Source of the DNA: a virus
Length of the DNA: 64,000 nucleotides
Direction: 5' to 3' (one strand)
IMG/VR virus record: IMGVR_UViG_3300024239_000355
Coordinates: 131,193 to 195,192 of that record
Shown: piece by piece, positions 1 through 9,295 of the stretch
Position numbering within the stretch: position 1 is the first letter of the stretch
Layout: the number at the start of each line of letters is the position of its first letter
Notes under the pieces: model-generated
What the model was told of the DNA's origin: nothing
Seen by the model: the letters and a program-made list of their open reading frames with translations, nothing else
Database searches by the model: none
Translations under genes and position numbers: made by a program

Positions 1-1764
1 ATATCCAGCTTCCCGCATGATTTCTTGTTCGGTTTTATTCAGGTCCGCCCCTGCTTCAACCAACTTATGTTTCATAAACCGCTGTCGTGAATACCGTTGC
101 TTGTTCAGGAAATAATAATACCCAGGAGTGGTATTTGATACGCGGTCAAACCCGATAGCTTCATACAGATTTCCCCGGCTCCACCGACGATCAGCATACG
201 ATATCACCCCGGTTGGATCGTATATTTTGATAAAGTGCTTCAAGAGTTTGCTTGCCCCACCAATCACATGAGCGGCAGATGCATACCGAACCAATTCAAA
301 CCAACCTTCCTGACCCTTTTCAAACCGAAGTCGCGAAAACGACATCATTGCTACCAAATTATTGGTTTCATCCCAAAGTCCCAAATTCACACTTGTCTTA
401 GCGGTACCTTGAATATGATAGGTAGTATAGAAATCAGCGGTGGTAATGGCATCCACTTCTCGAACAACAGTTTTTCTAGCCGGAATAGCATGCGTACTTT
501 TACGCAAAATATGTGCTAGACGACGCTGAACTATGTCACGTTTTTCAATCCATTCATCTTCAAAGATGGTAATAAGCTGTATACCTTTATTTTCACAATA
601 GTTCAATTTATTCAAGTGGTATTGTTTGCCAAGTTTATTTTCACTGTGCCAATAAAGACCACAATATTCAATTGCAACATCGTGCGCTGGCATGAAGATA
701 TCAAGCTCATACGGTGCTATTACCCGACGATCATTCGAAACAACTTCAATCCCCAACCCTTTTACGAAATCTTCAATTTCGCGTTGCGGCTTGCTAATGT
801 GTTTCGGATAGCAGTTCAGGCATCGTGGAATACGCCCATTATATGTCATATCCACAAATTCTGTTCCACAATGATTACACCGCCATTCGTGCCACGCCCA
901 CGAACCTTGGTAGTCAGAAAGCAACGTCACAAATTGCTTAAGACGTTCCAACACTCTCGGTGCAGAAGCAAAAATCCGATTACAAGTAATTTTGGAACGT
1001 ATTTCATTATTACGCGCCACATTTGACACTCCATATCGATCTATTATGGTATGGCGCGTTTTTGTTCGAATGCTATCTACTTGCTGTGGATTACCGTGCC
1101 CGTACTTAGACAGTATAGTAGCTTGGTGTTTTTGGCGAAATTCATCAACTTGCATAGGGTTTGTTACCCCATACCGTTCAATAAAATTCTCCAAATACTC
1201 AGCTTTCACCCTATCGGATTGCATAGGGTTTGTTACCCCATACCGATTTACTAATGTCGCGGATGCCTTTTCAACAATTTCATCAACTTGCATAGGGTTC
1301 GAAGCCCCATAACGCTCCATCATGGTTGATGTTATTTTACTTTTGACTGCATCATTTTGAAAAACGTTCGCACAACCAAACCGATCTTGTACCGTTGACG
1401 TTCGCTTTTCCTTTATCTGAGTTTTTACCTCATCATTCTTCGCAACATAAGCCGCTTTTACTTTTGCAGCAACTCGTGACCGAACACATGTGCATACGGC
1501 GGCGGTCCCACAAAACCGATACCCTACCGAAAACGAAATAAACTTAACCGGGTTTCCAGAGGCGCATACGGGGGCATTTGTCATCTTATTAATGTATAAG
1601 TACAATGCCTCGCCATCAGTCATACCATCGCGACGTACTTCCTCCCACAAATCATGATTTTTTAAATATGGTATGATCTTCTTAGAATTTTTCAATTCCT
1701 CTACAACATGACAAACTTCGTCATACCATTTGTAAGTAATCAATTTTGTGGACGGTGTGTTCAT
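1..1764 (-). CDS. Free-standing homing endonuclease (Hef/DUF7487-like: ERYG repeats, PD-(D/E)xK/Vsr-like nuclease, GNAT-like C-terminus); 3' end runs off the window
   Basis: Not in the ORF track. Manual translation from ATG at 1764 gives MNTPSTKLITYKWYDEVCH...; ERYGVTNPMQ-type repeats near 1130-1320; ends ...VEAGADLNKTEQEIMREAGY, paralogous to the C-terminus of 54262..56043. Overlaps the uvsW end by about 44 nt. Confidence 0.8.
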   Translation of the reverse strand, partial: MNTPSTKLITYKWYDEVCHVVEELKNSKKIIPYLKNHDLWEEVRRDGMTDGEALYLYINKMTNAPVCASGNPVKFISFSVGYRFCGTAAVCTCVRSRVAAKVKAAYVAKNDEVKTQIKEKRTSTVQDRFGCANVFQNDAVKSKITSTMMERYGASNPMQVDEIVEKASATLVNRYGVTNPMQSDRVKAEYLENFIERYGVTNPMQVDEFRQKHQATILSKYGHGNPQQVDSIRTKTRHTIIDRYGVSNVARNNEIRSKITCNRIFASAPRVLERLKQFVTLLSDYQGSWAWHEWRCNHCGTEFVDMTYNGRIPRCLNCYPKHISKPQREIEDFVKGLGIEVVSNDRRVIAPYELDIFMPAHDVAIEYCGLYWHSENKLGKQYHLNKLNYCENKGIQLITIFEDEWIEKRDIVQRRLAHILRKSTHAIPARKTVVREVDAITTADFYTTYHIQGTAKTSVNLGLWDETNNLVAMMSFSRLRFEKGQEGWFELVRYASAAHVIGGASKLLKHFIKIYDPTGVISYADRRWSRGNLYEAIGFDRVSNTTPGYYYFLNKQRYSRQRFMKHKLVEAGADLNKTEQEIMREAGY

Positions 1765-4285
1765 ATTGAGCCTTCTTATAATATCTCTTTCGTTCTTTCA
1801 TGTGCTTGTCCGAACTGCGTGTAGTGGCGCAGATGTCAAAGATCGCAACATCGTCTTTGTCTTTCGCTTTACGCAATCCTCGACCGATTGACTGAATAGT
1901 TCGAACGAAACTCTTCCCCGGTTCTATCAATACAAGATTGAATATTCTAGGAATATTTAGACCAACCGCAGCGACACCATAAGTGGCGATGACGATTTTC
2001 TCGTTAGCAACGTTGATTTCCTGATACTGTGTCTTACGGTTCTTTGTGGTCATACTACCACTAACGAAGACCGACCCAGGAAGGTACCGCATAAGAGCCT
2101 TTCCTGCATCGAGGCGGTCCACCAGCACCAGGGTGTTTCCACCATCCGCCATCTTCTGGATCAGCCCAGCGATAAATTTCAAACGGGTTTCGTCCGACGT
2201 AAGATAGCGGATTTCGTCTTGGTATTGCGTTCCACTGAAATTGATCGGCTCAATCAATTGCAAGATGTCAATGGTACATCCCGCCAAGAACCCCTTATCC
2301 TGAAGCTCCTTAGCGGTCACGCTACCAACATTGGGACCGATGGCAGCCAATAGAGCAAAGAAATCGTAATCATCCTTCGGGATCGTACCAGTCAAACCCC
2401 AACGAAGTGGGATATGAGCCATCGGACCAGTCAGAAGCCTCTTCAGCACGTCGGACTTGGCTTGATGAACTTCGTCCACAATGACAGTGACAACGCCATC
2501 AAGGAAAGTGGCAATTTCCAAATCAGTAAGGTCTTGCTGTCCACGCGCAAGCTTCCAGTCCTTAGTCTTCTTATCGAGGACATTCAAGCTCTGCCATGTG
2601 CAGATGGTATGAGTACGTCCAACCTCTTTGCGGTCGCCATAAAATACACCAACATCACGCCCAATTACCTTGAAGTCAGCTTCGGTCTGCTCCACAAGGT
2701 CTTTGTTCGGGACAATAACAATGGTTCGCCCATAAGGCTCGCATAGCTTGGATAGGGCAGCCGTCGTGATGGTGTTGTGTGTCACCACAAAATCATCAGT
2801 AACATAAAGATGCTCTGAATGATCCACCGCGATACATTGACACTCATCAACGCCTATCGGCTCTATCGACACAATGGCAAGACGGAAATGGTCCGCATAT
2901 TGATATTTTTCGGATATACGTGAACGTTTACGCTCTAAACTCACTAGATTGCGTGGATTAGGATGCCGAATTTTGCAAGTATAAGATAACCGCCCGAGTC
3001 GTTTTTCACCATTATGCGTATAGGAAGTCTGCTTTTCCTTTATAGAGCATTTTCCACCCAACGAACGCACCAGATAGCATACATTCTCTGCCAACATTTT
3101 GCTGGTCGTACTGAACGATAGATCACCGTACTTCCCGACATATCCATCGGTGTCCATCAACCCACGCAACAAATCATACCGTTGCGCCAATGATCCACGC
3201 AGGTATACGTCTGGAATGAATTTCTCATGAGAATATTTCCCATGAAGGTTAAGTTCCTTGATGACTCGCATATAATGGTGCGACGATCCGACCTGTTTCT
3301 TCTGAAAATCAGTGTCGCGATACTCTTCAGTCATTCGCAAACGATAATCATAGTCGCAACTATGGGCAAGTTCATACCCTGGCAGCAACCGCGATGAAAC
3401 GTTGTCTAATATTTCCTGATCGGCGGAAGAAATATAGATCGACTTATGCCGCATACCACCATCCCCGATCATCACACCAATAACGTATGGATCGATAGGA
3501 AGGTCAACGTCGAAACCATTACTCGGAGTGTAGACCGGGATGTGGTAAACTTCTTTTGTCGAAGTCATTTTTTCCCGAATTTGGTCAAGTGTCCAAACCC
3601 GATTTTTCTGCTTCCAGTGCTTGTTGTAAACTTCCCACAGATGATCACCAGTAGAAACGGCGCTACGCCCATCTGCAAATGTGATCCTGAAAATTTCTTT
3701 TTGTCCTTGCGGGAAAATACCAATCACCGTAGTTTCAGTACCATCTCGCGCAATTATCTTATCCCCAATGCGCAGTGCCCCCATTGTGGTCCACCCACAA
3801 TGGGTCAAAATCTTCGACCATAATGGTTGTGCCTTACCTGCGCCGGTACTCACTTCCTGAAGTGACTGCTTGTAGAGCATACAGTTGTTGATGGTACGAA
3901 CCTGATGCTCTTCGAGCATAATAGGCTCACCCTCAAAACGATGCCCTTTCGGCCAACGGTATTCACTTAGGTAATTTGAATCGATTTGCGGGAGTTCTTT
4001 GGGGATATCCCATGACTGGCGCAAATCCACCAGTTCCATTTCATCCTGGCGATACCCAGACTTTTCAAGGATGGGGATGATACGGTCAAGCAAATTGACG
4101 AAGGTACCGCCGCCGACTGTGCAATACGATACGGTGCCGTCCCACCTCCCAAGCTTATAAGCTTGGGAATGGCGTGCTTTTGGAATAAAGAATTTGAGTT
4201 CTTTGACCATTCGTTGGCGCGTAGCGACATCCACACCATCGAACTTGACATTTACCTCATCACGTACAGTCAGAGTACACTTCAT
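1721..4285 (-). CDS. uvsW: UvsW-like SF2 DNA helicase, intein-containing
   Basis: Walker A STGAGK|T (interrupted by intein), DEVH box, GLTGT motif III, QSIGRGLR motif VI, WDG N-terminal motif; likely start MKCTLTV at 4285. Confidence 0.93.
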   Translation of the reverse strand: MKCTLTVRDEVNVKFDGVDVATRQRMVKELKFFIPKARHSQAYKLGRWDGTVSYCTVGGGTFVNLLDRIIPILEKSGYRQDEMELVDLRQSWDIPKELPQIDSNYLSEYRWPKGHRFEGEPIMLEEHQVRTINNCMLYKQSLQEVSTGAGKAQPLWSKILTHCGWTTMGALRIGDKIIARDGTETTVIGIFPQGQKEIFRITFADGRSAVSTGDHLWEVYNKHWKQKNRVWTLDQIREKMTSTKEVYHIPVYTPSNGFDVDLPIDPYVIGVMIGDGGMRHKSIYISSADQEILDNVSSRLLPGYELAHSCDYDYRLRMTEEYRDTDFQKKQVGSSHHYMRVIKELNLHGKYSHEKFIPDVYLRGSLAQRYDLLRGLMDTDGYVGKYGDLSFSTTSKMLAENVCYLVRSLGGKCSIKEKQTSYTHNGEKRLGRLSYTCKIRHPNPRNLVSLERKRSRISEKYQYADHFRLAIVSIEPIGVDECQCIAVDHSEHLYVTDDFVVTHNTITTAALSKLCEPYGRTIVIVPNKDLVEQTEADFKVIGRDVGVFYGDRKEVGRTHTICTWQSLNVLDKKTKDWKLARGQQDLTDLEIATFLDGVVTVIVDEVHQAKSDVLKRLLTGPMAHIPLRWGLTGTIPKDDYDFFALLAAIGPNVGSVTAKELQDKGFLAGCTIDILQLIEPINFSGTQYQDEIRYLTSDETRLKFIAGLIQKMADGGNTLVLVDRLDAGKALMRYLPGSVFVSGSMTTKNRKTQYQEINVANEKIVIATYGVAAVGLNIPRIFNLVLIEPGKSFVRTIQSIGRGLRKAKDKDDVAIFDICATTRSSDKHMKERKRYYKKAQYEHTVHKIDYLQMV
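2774..3832 (-). mobile_element. Intein (353 aa) with LAGLIDADG endonuclease, inserted in the UvsW P-loop; class 3 signature
   Basis: GAGK|AQPLWSKILT ... TGDHLW ... CQCIAV ... VVTHN|T; LAGLIDADG motifs VIGVMIGDGG and LLRGLMDTDG. Confidence 0.92.
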
Positions 4286-4374
4286 TCTCGTTTTGTTCTT
4301 CCACAATCCAAGAAAATGCCCGTCAAAACGGGCATTTCTCAGCAATTTACCTATATGTACTTATCCTTGCAATT

Positions 4375-4710
4375 TTATTTCTTCACAGAATTGCAATGAC
4401 ATACAGGGAGTTTTTTAAGTAGATCAATGATTTCAGCGTGTATTCGCTGCGCTTCTTGATTGGACTTGGTGTGGATGTACTTGGTACCCCCATCAACTCC
4501 AATCTGTACCATTGCATGACGCCAATGGCTTGATCCTCTCTTTGGTTTCAACAGAGGTTTTTTAAGCGCGGCACGTATCCAGTTTTTGAATTGGAACATG
4601 TTGATCTTATTAGACCAAAACACTCGGTGTCCCGGAACCCAACGCACTTCGGTCACATAATACAACGATATTACGGCATGTACCGATGAATCAGGGATGG
4701 TATAGAGCAT
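4375..4710 (-). CDS. hypothetical protein
   Basis: 111-aa ORF, co-oriented, fills the gap between pyrB and uvsW; start uncertain. Confidence 0.5.
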   Translation of the reverse strand: MLYTIPDSSVHAVISLYYVTEVRWVPGHRVFWSNKINMFQFKNWIRAALKKPLLKPKRGSSHWRHAMVQIGVDGGTKYIHTKSNQEAQRIHAEIIDLLKKLPVCHCNSVKK

Positions 4711-4763
4711 GACGTGTTCTCCGATTTGGCCGCAGTCTACCCCAGTGCCGTTTTCATACGCAA

Positions 4764-5648
4764 TTATCTCAATACTACGTGCGCCAATAAAGCCATGCGC
4801 ATAAACAGTCCATGCCGCATTTGACGGAAATATGCCGCGCGCGGGTCCGGGTCGATCTCGGCTGGTATCTCGGTTACACGCGGCAACGGATGCATCAGCA
4901 CCATATCTGACTTTGCCGCAGCCATATGGTCTACGGTAATCCCGTAGTCATCGGCGGTTTCAGTACCCGTGGTAGCGAATCGTTCCTTTTGGACGCGGGT
5001 CATGTACACCACATCAGCGGTTGCAATTACATCATCCAGGCGGCTGTATTTGGTTTCACCCGCCATAATGTATTGGTCTGGTATCTGCAAGACATCAGGG
5101 GCTACAAAGCTGATTTTAGCCCCGTACAGACGCAGAAGCTTGGATAGGGAGTGAACGGTGCGCCCATGGAGCAAATCGCCTACCATGACCACGTGAAGCC
5201 CATCCAGCGAGCCGCGTTCCTTAAAAATCGTGTACAGGTCTAAAAGTGCCTGGGTGGGATGTTCACCGGTACCATCTCCTGCGTTAATCACGGGGACATC
5301 AATCACGTCGGCAGCACGTTGAGCAGCACCAACCTCGGAATGGCGAAGCACAATCACGTCTGCATAGCACGACAGGGTACGAACCGTGTCTTCAAGTTTT
5401 TCACCCTTGACCACCGAGGAATACCGAACCTCGTTAATCGGAATTACCGACCCACCAAGCCGCACCATTGCAGAATAGAAACTGGATGATGTGCGGGTCG
5501 ATGGTTCATAGAACAAATTGGCCAGCACTTTACCGCGCAACGGCTCACTATGCTTGGTGGGATCATATTCATATCGGTAGTAATCTGCACACGCGATAAG
5601 GTTCTCAATGAAAGTACGGTCAAATTGATCGACGGAAATGATATCCAT
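4764..5648 (-). CDS. pyrB: Aspartate carbamoyltransferase catalytic subunit
   Basis: FYEPSTRTSSSF, INAGDGTGEHPTQALLD, GDLLHGRTVHSL, TRVQKERF, MHPLPR motifs. Confidence 0.97.
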   Translation of the reverse strand: MDIISVDQFDRTFIENLIACADYYRYEYDPTKHSEPLRGKVLANLFYEPSTRTSSSFYSAMVRLGGSVIPINEVRYSSVVKGEKLEDTVRTLSCYADVIVLRHSEVGAAQRAADVIDVPVINAGDGTGEHPTQALLDLYTIFKERGSLDGLHVVMVGDLLHGRTVHSLSKLLRLYGAKISFVAPDVLQIPDQYIMAGETKYSRLDDVIATADVVYMTRVQKERFATTGTETADDYGITVDHMAAAKSDMVLMHPLPRVTEIPAEIDPDPRAAYFRQMRHGLFMRMALLAHVVLR

Positions 5649-6020
5649 TCACTTACCCTTTTTAGTCATCTGGTCTTCGAAAATTACCTTGAATGTCAAA
5701 CCCTTGCTCACTGCAAATGCTTCAGCAGCTTCCCATTTCGCTAGATGGTCTACCATGGCTCTGCGCGTTGCCACCTCAACGATTTCGCCTCTGCTTGGTG
5801 TATCGTCTGACGGCGCATAGATGACAAGAAAGCTCGGGTGGTAGAGGTGCAATATCCCGTCTTCCGCCCTGTAAGGTATGGCAAGCGGTCTGAACCCCCA
5901 TTGTTGAATCGAGGGGTGTAGATCGAACATCTTCATCAAAGTAATTTGCCGTGCGGACCCTTCAAGAACCCCGGCGGACAACACTTTTGACGGATTCGTT
6001 GGCTTGTATAATTGTTTCAT
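5649..6020 (-). CDS. T4 gp4-like head completion protein / TnsA-like nuclease fold
   Basis: YKPTNPSK start, DLHPSIQQW, IPY...YHPSF...IVEV, KWEAAEAF...GLTFKVIFE pattern; catalytic PD..EVK appears degenerate (PSF..EVA). Confidence 0.75.
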   Translation of the reverse strand: MKQLYKPTNPSKVLSAGVLEGSARQITLMKMFDLHPSIQQWGFRPLAIPYRAEDGILHLYHPSFLVIYAPSDDTPSRGEIVEVATRRAMVDHLAKWEAAEAFAVSKGLTFKVIFEDQMTKKGK

Positions 6021-6033
6021 TCCTCACCTCACG

Positions 6034-6079
6034 AAAAAACCCCGGTTGGCTATGGATAGGGACATTGCCAACCGGGGTT
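6034..6079 (-). terminator. Intrinsic terminator after uvsY
   Basis: Inverted repeat AACCCCGGTTGGC/GCCAACCGGGGTT with adjacent A-run (U-tract on minus strand). Confidence 0.75.
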
Positions 6080-6102
6080 CAAAAACCATTGCGGTACTTC
6101 GA

Positions 6103-6579
6103 TTAGTATTCGATCACAGCATCTTCAACACCAGCCACCCGCAATTTGGTGATGTTAGTTAGCTGGTAATGCTTGATCTCATACGACCGAATCTTGCCTT
6201 CGTACTGTTCGTAGAGGTATTGCACTTCGTTGACGAGAATCTTCATAGCCACGACTGACTGATCACCGTCTACATACTGCTTGATTTCAGTAGTCTTGAG
6301 ATCGCGCGGATAGTGCTCAGCAAATTTAATGTACGATTGGCTCTTTACATCGTCCAACTTGATGGTGAGCAGTTGAAGCACACTTTTAATGGACTTCAAC
6401 TGCTCAAGACGATAGTCGAAAATACCAGGGAGACGTGCCAGCGATTGTTCCAAATTTCCACGAATTTCAGCCTCTTCGTGCATGTCTTCCAGTTCCTTCT
6501 CATAGAACTGAACCATATCCGCAATGAGAACCAAATCGTTCGGGTTATTGGAAACCCGTCTGAACCATCCATCAACCAT
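6103..6579 (-). CDS. uvsY: UvsY-like recombination mediator
   Basis: 158-aa helical protein near uvsX; YPRDLKTTEIKQYVDGD and QLTNITKLRVAGVED motifs. Confidence 0.8.
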   Translation of the reverse strand: MVDGWFRRVSNNPNDLVLIADMVQFYEKELEDMHEEAEIRGNLEQSLARLPGIFDYRLEQLKSIKSVLQLLTIKLDDVKSQSYIKFAEHYPRDLKTTEIKQYVDGDQSVVAMKILVNEVQYLYEQYEGKIRSYEIKHYQLTNITKLRVAGVEDAVIEY

Positions 6580-6821
6580 TAGTCATCCTCACTATACCCG
6601 TATTCGTCTTCCTCTTCTTCAACTTCATCATCGATGTAGTCTAAAAGAGCATCATCAATCCACTTATCTTCGCCGCGCAATTCACCGAATTTGTCGCTGA
6701 AACCATGATCATCCATAATCTTCAGCAACCGCACAGCAGCATCACCGCGATGTTTTTCGGTGACTGTTTCTTTAAGAAGTTCCCATACCTCTAGAATCAT
6801 ATTCGTCTCGTTACTCATCAT
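6579..6821 (-). CDS. small acidic conserved hypothetical protein
   Basis: 80 aa with acidic tail, coupled between uvsX and uvsY. Confidence 0.7.
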   Translation of the reverse strand: MMSNETNMILEVWELLKETVTEKHRGDAAVRLLKIMDDHGFSDKFGELRGEDKWIDDALLDYIDDEVEEEEDEYGYSEDD

Positions 6822-7908
6822 CTTCCAATATTTCTCCCGTTTCGGGATCGAAATCTACACCAGTGGTGAGCTTCTGATCCTTGGCACCGGAGCCATACCG
6901 CCGATCTTCTTGTTCTTTCCATTCGTCCATGATTAGGTGGAAGAACTCCGGTGTCATACCTTTCTCTTGGTACTTATGCACTTTACCGGAAAGATCGGTA
7001 TAAGCGTACCATGCGCCATTCTGCTGAATGGCTTTCTTGTCCTTGAGAAGGTCCAACAGACCGGAATACGGGTCTAGTCCACCGACATAAGGGATGTCGA
7101 TTTCAGTCAGTTCATTAGGCTTTGCGTAACGGGACTTGAAAACCTTACAGACCGACTTGATACCAATGCTTTTCTTGGAATCGTCCTTCAGGTTCTTCTT
7201 GCGCATTGCCACGATGATCGAGGCAGCGTAGATCGGACCATCACCACCCGACAGCTTCGGCTCCGGATTGTACATATCCTGAGACGCATAGCTGTGATTG
7301 GTCATGATCATACCGATTTCCTCACCAGTGATCTGGGAGACAATCTGGGTGACCAACTGCTTAAGCTGCTTGGGCTTGTGACCCATATCGCCCTTGAGAT
7401 CGCCCTTTTTAAACTGCTCTACCGCGATTGGCGTAGACAACATGCCCAGCGAATCAAGAACGAACAACACGCGCTGTTTTTCCTCTGGCTTCTTACCCTT
7501 GTTGTCAGCCTTGTATTGCTCGATGAACGAATTCATGATTTCCGCGACCTGACCGATCATACGGGCTTCAATACGCATGAAGTTATTTTCAGGGTCGATA
7601 CCAACATCACGCAACCACTTGTCGTCCAACGCACCTTCGGTGTCGATCATGACAACCGTGATACCTTCGCGTTGGGCTTCCTTAGCGATGTTGGCCGAGA
7701 TATACGACTTACCAGCGGCAGGCTCACCGGCAAGGATCATCACCTTACCGAACGGAACAGCCTTATAAAAGTCCTGCGCCAGAAAGAAATTCAGGGCATA
7801 GTTGCCGGTGCTAAGCCAAGTATGCGGGTCATATGTCCCGATAAACACACCGTCGATTTTCGAAACATCCTTTAGAACTTTTCCGAGGTTGAATACTGGT
7901 CCTGCCAT
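6811..7908 (-). CDS. uvsX: UvsX RecA-like recombinase
   Basis: LSTGNYALN, GEPAAGKS Walker A, IDTEGALD, VLDSLGML Walker B, GDMG, TNH, SGG. Confidence 0.95.
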   Translation of the reverse strand: MAGPVFNLGKVLKDVSKIDGVFIGTYDPHTWLSTGNYALNFFLAQDFYKAVPFGKVMILAGEPAAGKSYISANIAKEAQREGITVVMIDTEGALDDKWLRDVGIDPENNFMRIEARMIGQVAEIMNSFIEQYKADNKGKKPEEKQRVLFVLDSLGMLSTPIAVEQFKKGDLKGDMGHKPKQLKQLVTQIVSQITGEEIGMIMTNHSYASQDMYNPEPKLSGGDGPIYAASIIVAMRKKNLKDDSKKSIGIKSVCKVFKSRYAKPNELTEIDIPYVGGLDPYSGLLDLLKDKKAIQQNGAWYAYTDLSGKVHKYQEKGMTPEFFHLIMDEWKEQEDRRYGSGAKDQKLTTGVDFDPETGEILEDDE

Positions 7909-7936
7909 TGAGATCACCTATAATAGTCGAAACGTG

Positions 7937-7970
7937 AAAAAAGGGGTCGGGGATTTCTCACCCGACCCCT
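7937..7970 (-). terminator. Intrinsic terminator after gp32
   Basis: AGGGGTCGGG/CCCGACCCCT stem with A6 run. Confidence 0.8.
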
Positions 7971-7981
7971 GTACCATCACC

Positions 7982-9031
7982 TTAGGAGGCGGAACGTGCC
8001 TTGATCAGGTCAAGGATTGCCTGGGCATCAGCCTTCGGCTTCTCGGCAGTAGTGGCTTCCTCACCAGAGGCAGCCGCCGTAGCAGCAGCACGTGCCTTCA
8101 GGGCTTCCAACGGATTAACCGAGACAGCCACCGAGGCTTCCTCAGTCACCGCAGGCTTGCTGACTGCAACAGTGGTAGTGGTCTTCTCGCCACCGTCTTC
8201 CGTGCCGGTGGCAGCAGAATCACCACGCAGACCATTCGGACGGTAATGCTCACCCCACTTCTTCAGGTCGTATGGCTGACCGGCGATGCTGGCTTCAAAC
8301 ATCTCGAAGATCATCTTCTGCTGAGCATCAGTCGGCTTCTGGGGCAGGAAGTCCTTCAGGTTGAACAAGCCATGCTTCTCAATCGCCTCAAGTTCTGCCT
8401 GGGCAAGCGAACGCTCCTTGAACGACCACGTAGAAGTGGTGTAATCGGCGTACTCACCGCGACGGGTCTTGGTGATCTTGAAGTCGCGACCGCGAGTATA
8501 GTCGGTCGGCAGTTCTTCCATATCGGGGTTCATCAAGGAGTCCTTGATGAGATTGAAAATGGAGGGGTTGATAATAAAGCGACGGATCGGGTTCTCCGGG
8601 GCTTCCTTTTCTTCGAGGGGATTGTCAACAACAAAACCCTGGAACACGAAAGAACGCTTGATCCAATACTTGCGTGCAAGTTCCTTCAGTTCATCATCAC
8701 CGTCCCACCAATCCTTGGTCGCAGCCAGGATCGGATCAGCCAGCGGCTTACCATCAGCACCCTTCCACATACGCAAGCACGGGACAGTGACAGTAACTTC
8801 CTTGTTCTCGTCCCCACCCAAGACACCCTGGAAGGGAAGACGAATTACCATGCGCTCCTGCCAAAAATACTCGGCATCCGGAGAGCCATCCGGAAGGAAA
8901 CGAACAACCGCAGTTTTATTTTCGGGAATGTCCCAGAAAGGGAAGACGGACTTATCACCGCCAGAACCGTTGGATTCGGACTGCTTTTTAGCAGCAGCAA
9001 GCTTTGCACGAATTTCAGCCAATGTGGGCAT
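7982..9031 (-). CDS. gp32: T4 gp32-like single-stranded DNA-binding protein
   Basis: MPTLAEIRAKL, VRFLPDG, ARKYWIKRS, LPTDYTRGRDFKITKT, YADYTTSTW. Confidence 0.92.
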   Translation of the reverse strand: MPTLAEIRAKLAAAKKQSESNGSGGDKSVFPFWDIPENKTAVVRFLPDGSPDAEYFWQERMVIRLPFQGVLGGDENKEVTVTVPCLRMWKGADGKPLADPILAATKDWWDGDDELKELARKYWIKRSFVFQGFVVDNPLEEKEAPENPIRRFIINPSIFNLIKDSLMNPDMEELPTDYTRGRDFKITKTRRGEYADYTTSTWSFKERSLAQAELEAIEKHGLFNLKDFLPQKPTDAQQKMIFEMFEASIAGQPYDLKKWGEHYRPNGLRGDSAATGTEDGGEKTTTTVAVSKPAVTEEASVAVSVNPLEALKARAAATAAASGEEATTAEKPKADAQAILDLIKARSAS

Positions 9032-9267
9032 TTGATTTCTCCTAATTTTGAGCCTGTATTTTGAGCCTAAGTTTTGCTTATCGAGCCTTAGACACCGCGT
9101 TCACTTTTTGTTCCCGCGATGACTTTGTTGTAAATCATGTGTTGGCCGTTCCGCAATTTATTTTTTTGGAGGTCAACACTCGATCTACATTCTTAATTAT
9201 CTGTGTGTTTTTGGTATTAACACCACACATAACCAACCACCGTCATCAATAGCATCTTGCGGATACT

Positions 9268-9293
9268 AGAAGAGGGGCGAAAGCCCCTCTTCT
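9268..9293. terminator. Hairpin (probable terminator) after the 712-aa gene
   Basis: AGAAGAGGGGC-GAAA-GCCCCTCTTCT perfect stem. Confidence 0.65.
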
Positions 9294-9295
9294 CC

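Noticed and set aside
1130-1320. Direct repeats resembling a CRISPR array or iterons
   Set aside because: They encode the ERYG..NPMQ protein repeats of the endonuclease; no spacers or cas genes
7294-9064. Long plus-strand ORFs (193, 420, 163 aa; likewise 15201..16445 and 24813..25838)
   Set aside because: Antisense shadows of well-supported minus-strand genes with biased codon usage
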